From Chiloscyllium plagiosum (lineage: Eukaryota), in the NCBI RefSeq assembly GCF_004010195.1, contig NC_057754.1:8540720-8583194 (forward strand): a stretch of 42,475 nucleotides of DNA, in the 5' to 3' direction. The notes beneath the pieces are model-generated. The model was not told where the DNA came from. It ran no database searches and was given only the letters and a program-made list of their open reading frames with translations. The position numbers and the translations under genes were made by a program. Positions 35,987 to 42,475 of the stretch are shown here, piece by piece. Each line of letters starts with the position of its first letter. Within the stretch, counting starts at the first letter, position 1.

Positions 35987-36374
35987 CTAAAGGAGAGAGA
36001 AGGTACTTAAAATGTTTATCATAAAATCTGTCACAGGATTTCAGGACTGTTTGCAGCTGGTTAAAATTAGCAAATCACAAAATCTCAGTTCTAACTCCAA
36101 CACATTTCCAATATTAGCAAGTTGAATAAAAGCTGAAAAGCAGGCATGATGACGACCAGTCAAAATCTCTGTATTGACCTTTTTATGGGTATTTCTACAG
36201 CCATCCAATTTTTTCCTTTGGAAATTATACATATGAGTATGTAAATCTGATCAGGACAGGAAAGATTTGAAAATAACTAGCCGTAAAATCAGAATCTATC
36301 GAGGCAAAAATGGTGCTGCCAGTTCAGTTCTTTAATCACACCTTGAAGCCATTGGATATTGACCATATTAAAAG

Positions 36375-36591
36375 AATAGGAGAAAGTGAGAACTGCAGAT
36401 GCTGGAGGTCAGAGTCAAGAGTGTAGTACTGGAACAGCACAGCAGGTCAGGCAGCATCTAAGGAGCAGGAGAATCGACATTTCAGGCATAAGCCCTCCTT
36501 CCTGATGAAGGGTTTATGCCCAATACATCGATTCTCCTGCTCCTTGGATGCTGCCTGACCTGCTTTGCTTTTCCAGCACTACACGCTCAAC
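36375..36591. mobile_element. Family-A Penelope-end fold-back element in the GPCR intron
   Basis: Inverted arms; degenerate core ctgatga-a-gggt-ttat-gccc-aata at 36502; 12-bp TSD ccatattaaaag at 36363-36374 and 36592-36603. Confidence 0.87.
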
Positions 36592-37004
36592 CCATATTAA
36601 AAGTATGGTAGGGTCAGAATAATGTTGGGCGTAGGGAGGGAGGGGCATAGACGAATGTCTATGGATGGAATAATTCAATTTTAAAAGGAATAATGTTTGA
36701 AGACAATTGGGACGATTAAAAATTGAATGATAGGTACAGGACAGGTAATAATTTGTGGCAGCAGAATAACAAAGCAACAGAAAAGTTTGTAAATTCTAGA
36801 AAAGACGTGGAAGCACCACAGGCTTAGAAAGGTGATGTGTAGACACAAGAGTTTGAACCAGCCAGCGAGCTGTGTATCAATAAGGGGGAAGAGAACTATA
36901 TGATCAATCAGAAATTGGGAAGAAGAAGCTGAATGCCAAAATCTAAAGACAAATCTAAATTGAAAATGCAGCTGAAGGTGATGAAGACAGGTGTAATGCA
37001 GCTT

Positions 37005-37341
37005 GGGGTGGCACAATGGCTCAGTGGTTAGCACTGCTGCCTCACAGCACCAGGGACCCAGGTTCGATTCCAGCCTCAGGCGCCGGTCTGTGTGGAGTTT
37101 GCACAATCTCTTGTTTGGGTAAGTTTCCTCCAGGTACTCTGTTTCCTCCCACAATCCAAAGATGTGCAGGTTAAGTGCTAAAATTGCCCATTGTTCTCAG
37201 GGATGTATAGGTTAGGTGCATTAGTCAGGGGAAAATATAGGATAATAGAGTAGGGGAATGGGTTGAGTGGGTTACTCTTCGGAGGGTCGGTGTGGACTTG
37301 TTGTCTGAAGAGCCTGTTTCCACACTGTAGCAATTCTATGA
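37005..37341 (+). mobile_element. HE1 SINE (intronic)
   Basis: A box tggctcagtgg, B box ggttcgattcc, V-domain, tail gtttccacactgtagcaattctatga. Confidence 0.93.
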
Positions 37342-37574
37342 GTGCATCTGAACACATCCAGTATAATCATGAGGGAAGACTTTAAGTAGATAATCAGTTG
37401 CAATATAGCTGAGTTTGTGAGGTGCGATGTTTTTGCTGGAAGGATTAGAGATCGGATTATGGTTTAGGGATGAGGTGGCTGAATGAGGTCGGCGACGGGA
37501 GGGGGGAAGGGCAGAGGCGTTCATGTAGACATTCGGAAAGCTGTTAAACCAAATCTGCAGCAGCACTTGCTGGA

Positions 37575-37885
37575 TACACTGTAGGAATTCACCAAAGATC
37601 CTGAGGTAGTACCTTCCAACTACTTCCATCCAGCAGGATAAGGGCAGCAGATACATGGGAACACCACCATCTACAAGAAGCCCTCCATGCCACTGGACAC
37701 CCTGACTTGTTCCTTCACTGCCATCGGTCAAAATCCGGGAACTCCCTGCCATAAGGCATTATGGGTCCACCTAAACACATGAACTGCAGCAGTTCACGAA
37801 AGCAGCTCTCCACCACCTTCTAAAGGGCAACTAGGGACGGACAATAAATGCTGAACCAGCCAGCGATGTCCATGTCTCCTGAACC
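37575..37885 (+). mobile_element. CR1/L2-group LINE 3' end
   Basis: gcagctctccaccaccttctaaagggcaactagggacggacaataaatgctg; same family as 14305-14900. Confidence 0.75.
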
Positions 37886-38324
37886 AATTTTTGAAAAGAA
37901 GATTTTAAAATATCACATATTGATGTGCTGGAGAAATCATATTTGTTTTAAGCCGGATTTCATCAGAACTGAGAAGAGTGGGCTATTAAACTCGTGAGTA
38001 CAATTTTATGAATGCCAGGTTTATTGCGTGCATTCTGATCTCTGTACGATGCAATCCCAACATGTATGGCCACAGTTATAGCCACCTCCCCTGTCAGGAA
38101 CACGCTACTCAACTGGGTGTTGGTACAGTTAAACATGTATGGACCAATCGTCGGTCCAAGCTGACCCGCCAAAATGTAATCAGTTACATATATTTATGAC
38201 TCTGTCTTAGAGGGATAATGAATTTCAGTAAACTTGGCTAACAGATTCTCGGGACCTTAGAACATCGAACTTTACTAATCATGCCTGGTACGTTCTCATC
38301 CAAATCCTTGGTATAGATAACAAA

Positions 38325-38472
38325 AGCATTGGACCCTGCACCGATCCCTGAGGCACTCCACTAGAACATAGAACACTACAGTGCAGTACAGGCCATTCGG
38401 CCCTCAATGTCGTGCCGACCTGTGAAACCAATCTGAAGCCCATCTAACCTACACTATTCCATTTTCATCCTT
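38325..38472 (-). mobile_element. CR1 fragments (RT motif plus 3' tail)
   Basis: Reverse complement SGVPQGSVQGP; tagaacatagaac tail. Confidence 0.75.
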
Positions 38473-38789
38473 GTTGTGGGGAGAGGAGGGATCAACACAA
38501 AAATGATAGAACTCTTCACAATATCAGTTCTCAGAATATGCAAGTTACTTTACAGAGGATTTGATTGTCTGTATAACTGTTTCCATGACACTATCTCTTT
38601 TTTGTTGTTGTTGGAACAGAATAATAAAAATGCATTGGACATTGCTTTACATGAGGATTAACGAAAGCAATCTCTTCTGCTGGAGTGAAGATGGAGAGAT
38701 CCATCTGCTCCAGCAATGATTTCAATAAAGCGCCAGTCTGTTTCATTCCAGTTAGTAACTCACATTGTATAGCCAGATCCCCGCAGCAG

Positions 38790-38910
38790 GCAAAAGCAAA
38801 ATGCAGCCGGCATTGCAAATCTGAAATGCTGGAGAAACTCAGCCGGTGTGGCAGCATCTGCAGAGAGAGAAGGAGTTACATTTTTGAGCCAAGTATGACT
38901 CTTCTTAAGG
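38790..38910 (-). mobile_element. Probable Penelope-end element of a third, older family
   Basis: aatgctggagaaactcagccggtgtggcagcatctg parallels the family-A arm gctggaaaagcgcagcaggtcaggcagcatcc. Confidence 0.5.
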
Positions 38911-39164
38911 CAGGTGACAGCTATTCGTGCTGATTTTTAAAAGGTGGAATTTGACCCAGGCAGGGTCTCCCACTAACACCTTCCTTGCACTGAGGTGGGA
39001 ACGTGTATGTGTTTACATGAGAATTCAGCCACCCTGCGAATGTCAATCAAAGCTTTGCCCGCATCAGCTAAGGGGCAGAAGCACTGCTTGATAAACAGTG
39101 CACAGTCGGCACTGGTAGTCACTTTAAACATTAAGGCTACAAGAGCAGGTTAAAGACTGGGAAT

Positions 39165-39460
39165 CCACATCAGGTAACCCACTTTAAAAGGCACAAGTCA
39201 GGCGTGTGATGGAATACCCCCAACTTGCCTGGATGGGTGCAGCTCTAACAACATTTAAAAAGCTCAACACCATCCAGGACATAGGATCCCTGTTGATTAG
39301 CACTTTATCAGTAAACATTAACTTCCTCCACCACTGACGCATAGTGGCAGCAATGTGTATATCTACACAATACACTGTACCAGCTCTGTAAGACTCCTTT
39401 GTCAGCAGGTTCCAAATTTAGAAGGACACAGGCAACAGACACATGTGACCACCATCACCT
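39165..39460 (+). mobile_element. CR1/L2-group LINE fragment
   Basis: KAQVRRVMEYPQLAWMGAALTTFKKLNTIQD. Confidence 0.75.
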
Positions 39461-39827
39461 GGGTTAGGGATAGGGTTAGTGATAGGGATAGGGTGAGAGA
39501 TGGGGACAGGAATAGGGGTATGGATAGAGGCAGGGATAGGGATGAGGTAGGGATAGGGACAGGGATAGGGATAGGGACAGAGGTAGGGTGAGGGATAGAG
39601 ATGGGGTAGGGATAGGGTTAGGGATAGGGATAGGGTTAGAGATAGGGATAGGGTTAGAGGTAGGGGTAGGGGTAGGGATAAGGGTAGAGATAGGGATAGT
39701 GTTAGGAATAGGGATAGGTTAGGGTTAGGGTTAGGGATAGGGATAGGGATAGGGATAGGGTTATGGATAGGGATAGGGTTAGGATAAGGGATAGGGATAG
39801 GGTTAGGGTCAGGGTTAGTGTTAGGGT
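39461..39827 (+). repeat. Degenerate telomere-like hexamer array (ATAGGG/TTAGGG)n
   Basis: About 60 hexamers, mostly gggata with interspersed gggtta. Confidence 0.92.
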
Positions 39828-40064
39828 CCCAGTTTGTGTCAGCTGTTGAAGATGACAACACTCCCATCTAAGCAGTCATAGCAAGAAATGCCATGCTCAC
39901 CGTGCCCAATAAAACAACAGTGGAGAGAATTCAAATCATTTGGGTTGAGGAAATTATTCAATAAGTGATCGCCCACCCTAATACAATCACTCGAGCAGCC
40001 AGGAGCATTATCAGTGACCAGAGATCTGCTCAGCAGCCAGCTTTGCTCAACTACTGTCACTTAC

Positions 40065-40131
40065 CAGGAACACCAATGATAGCAATGACCAGGTAATAGA
40101 TCTTAGCAATACTATAAAATGTCTCACGCAT
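40065..40131 (-). CDS. Exon 1 of the GPR139/GPR142-like GPCR (MRETFYSIAKIYYLVIAIIGVP)
   Basis: ATG at 40129-40131, 67 nt, consensus donor G|GTAAGT at 40064; splicing gives TM1 motif IIGVPVNVFTIVIL in frame (67+950=1017 nt); 4078-bp intron. Not in the ORF track. Confidence 0.88.
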
Positions 40132-40456
40132 TTTCTGAGTAGAGTGATCCTTTCCTTTATGCTGCCAGCAATACTTCGTATTGAATTCCAAGGAGACAGG
40201 TTGCAAGTTTCATTAATTTGTACTCTGTTGCATCCCAGTGGATGTATTGAGGTTACATCATCATTCCAAATAATTGGGAAAAAAATAAACACATGACCTT
40301 GAGTCAACTCCTGCTGTCATAAAATGTATTCCCTTCGGATGTTGAATTGGTAAACATAAAAGAATGGAAAATTCTGAATGCATTGGAAACTAATTAGCAC
40401 GTTGTACAGAGATGGTTTCCATGATTTAGTGCATAGTGGTCTGGATTTTAACTTTA

Positions 40457-40464
40457 TTTATATA
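40457..40464 (-). promoter_or_regulatory. Possible TATA box for the GPCR gene
   Basis: TATATAAA on the minus strand about 325 bp upstream of the ATG in TE-free sequence; motif match only. Confidence 0.2.
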
Positions 40465-40519
40465 AAGTGGTCACAAAATCCATAAATTGCATGGCTATTA
40501 AGAAGAGCTTCTATGCCCG

Positions 40520-41125
40520 GAGGTGTTAACATTGAGGTCTCTAATTTGAAATAACCTTTCCACCCATCCCCTTTCAGCCCCTCCTCCTCCCTTCCCTTCC
40601 ACCCCCTGGCTCACTGGCTTCTCAATCTAGGCGAAAGTGGGTACTGCAGATGCTGGAGGTTGGAATCAAGATTAGGGTGGTGCTGGAAAAGGACAACAGG
40701 TCAGGCAGCATCCGAGGAGCAAGAAAATCAACGTTTCAGGCAAAAATCCTTCATTAGAAAGATTTTCTTGCTGCTCGGATGCTGCCTGACCTCTTGGCTT
40801 CTCTATCTCCCCACCCCAAATCTCATCCCATGTCCAGCCCTTACTCTCTTCCCCACCTCGTTGACCTGACCCACCTATCCATCTTTTTTCCCACTTATCC
40901 ACTCATCCACTCCACCCTTCCAACTGGCCTATCACATTAAGCCCCTGCATCCACCTATCGCGATCCCACTTCCCTGTCCCTAGCCCCATCCCCTCCTCGC
41001 TTTCTTTCTGAGCTCCCTTCCCCCTCCCCCATCCTGATGAAGCATTTTGACCTGAAATGTTGACTTCCCCACCTCCTGATGCTGCCTGGCTTGCTGTGTT
41101 TTTCCAGCCTGATCTTTGTCAACCT
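40520..41125. mobile_element. Penelope 3'-end fragment with a nested family-A fold-back element (about 40628-40792)
   Basis: C-rich 3'UTR ending cctgatgaagcattttgacctgaaatgttgac...gatgctgcctggcttgctgtgtttttccagc; nested inverted arms. Confidence 0.75.
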
Positions 41126-41136
41126 CGAAATAACGA

Positions 41137-41285
41137 TGATGTGGAGGTGCCAGTGTTGGACTAGGGTGGACAAAGTTAAAAATGACAAAACACCAGGTTA
41201 TAGTCCAACAGGTTAATTTGGAAGTACTAGCTTTTGGAGCGATACTCCTTCATCGGGTACCTGTGGAGCAGGATCATAGGACACA
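41137..41285 (-). mobile_element. Family-B Penelope-end element
   Basis: atgtggaggtgccagtgttggactagggtggacaaagttaaaaat...caccaggttatagtccaacagg; degenerate hammerhead. Confidence 0.8.
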
Positions 41286-41630
41286 TAGAATCATAGAATC
41301 CCTACAGTGTGGAAACAGGCCCTTCAGCCCAACAAGTCCACACTCCGAAGAGTAACTCACCCAGTCCCATTGCCTTACCCTATTACTCTACTTTCAGCCC
41401 TGACTAATGCACCTAACCTACACATCCCTGAACACCATGGGCAATTTACCACAGCCAATTTACCTAACCTGCACATCTTTGGATTGTGGGAGGAAACCGG
41501 AGCACCCGGAGGAAACCCACGCAGACACAGGGAGAATGTGCAAACTCCACACAGACTGTCGCCCGAAGCTGGAATGGAACCCAGGTCCCTGGCGCTGTGA
41601 GGCAGCAGTGCTAGCCACTAAGCCACTGAG
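41285..41630 (-). mobile_element. HE1 SINE
   Basis: (catagaat)n tail, V-domain, tRNA-like head. Confidence 0.93.
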
Positions 41631-41811
41631 CAATAGATTACACTGTAATGTGTCATTTTTAACTTTGAAATAACAAAGTAGTTAAGACCTGACTATGACT
41701 TTTAGTACCGGTCCTAACTGCTTAGTTATTTCAAGTTGTTTTAGTTCTGTTAGGATTACAGTTTAAAAAGGACCAATTTAAGACCGGAGTTTCATTAAAA
41801 ACTGTGGTGTT

Positions 41812-41912
41812 CAGGTGCCGGTGTCAGACTGGGGGTGGATGAAATCAGAAGTCACAAGGCACCTGACGAAAGAGCACCTGTTGGACTATAACACAGTATT
41901 ATGTGACTCCTG
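41812..41912. mobile_element. Short degraded family-B fold-back remnant
   Basis: ggtgccggtgtcagactgggggtgga...cacctgacgaa...cctgttggactataac. Confidence 0.55.
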
Positions 41913-41985
41913 ACATTAAAATTTGTTTAAGTAAGGTGTTGCTCGATATAATAAGATATACTACTGTAATAGCAGAGCACGTGAC

Positions 41986-42170
41986 TAGAGAAAGCGAGGA
42001 CTGCAGATGCTGGAGATCAGAGTCGAGAGTGTGGTGCTGGAAAAGCACAGCAGGTCAGGCAACAGGAAAATTGCCTTTGCAGGCATAATTCTGATGAAAG
42101 ACCTATGCTCGAAACATCGATTCTCATGCTCCTCGGATGCTGCTTGACCTGCTGTGCTTTTCCAGAGCAC
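41986..42170. mobile_element. Family-A Penelope-end fold-back element
   Basis: Inverted arms; ctgatga...gaaacatc degenerate core near 42091. Confidence 0.82.
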
Positions 42171-42359
42171 TTAATAATACAAACTATATTCAAACAGAGT
42201 CAGATAGCTTAAAGAAGGGGAAAAAAAACATGGTTGACAAATGTATTACATGAGAAAGCAGGACATGTAAAGTGGCTCCATTAGCTGTAATGTAGACATG
42301 GACTTCAAAGAGGCATTTGAAAGAGAATATTGTGTTAGGTCTATGAAATGGGATTAAAA

Positions 42360-42475
42360 CGAGGTAAAAACAATGACAGCAGATGCTGGAAACCAGATTC
42401 TGGATCAGTGGTGCTGGAAGAGCACAGCAGTTCAGGCAGCATCTGAGGACAGGCAAAGTCCGAGGACAGGCAAAA
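42360..42475 (-). mobile_element. Family-A-related Penelope end, runs off the window
   Basis: gcagatgctggaaaccagattctggatcagtggtgctggaagagcacagcagttcaggcagcatc. Confidence 0.7.

Noticed and set aside
39355..39867. Pro/Ile/Asn- or Arg/Asp-rich ORFs
   Set aside because: Translations of the hexamer repeat.

Overview
Repeat-rich vertebrate DNA, almost certainly elasmobranch (shark), inferred from HE1-type V-SINEs and their CR1/HER1-type partner LINEs. Bases 1-12066 are a 53-bp tandem satellite (two N gaps) whose monomer is the internal segment of the HE1 SINE; the array ends by reading straight into an HE1 3' tail. Next comes a decayed Gypsy LTR retrotransposon with Gmr1-like order (gag/SCAN, protease, integrase; 12.5-18.6 kb) broken by nested insertions. 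After it lie a degenerate 32-bp minisatellite, many CR1/L2/Penelope fragments and a TA-flanked Tc1/pogo-type MITE. The only intact host gene is a two-exon GPR139/GPR142-like class A GPCR on the minus strand (40131-40065 joined to 35986-35037, 338 aa), with a pseudogene paralog at about 23150-23693. Three observations stand out. (1) A 1-kb Penelope insertion with an 11-bp target-site duplication cut into the GPCR C-terminal coding region: it supplies a new 20-aa tail and stop codon, and the apparent original 90-aa tail survives in frame on the far side. (2) Two families of short non-coding, often fold-back Penelope-end elements carry minimal hammerhead ribozyme cores. (3) The satellite appears to have grown inside a SINE. 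All family assignments are by eye and from memory of consensus motifs; no database search was run, and TE boundaries are approximate unless a TSD is quoted.
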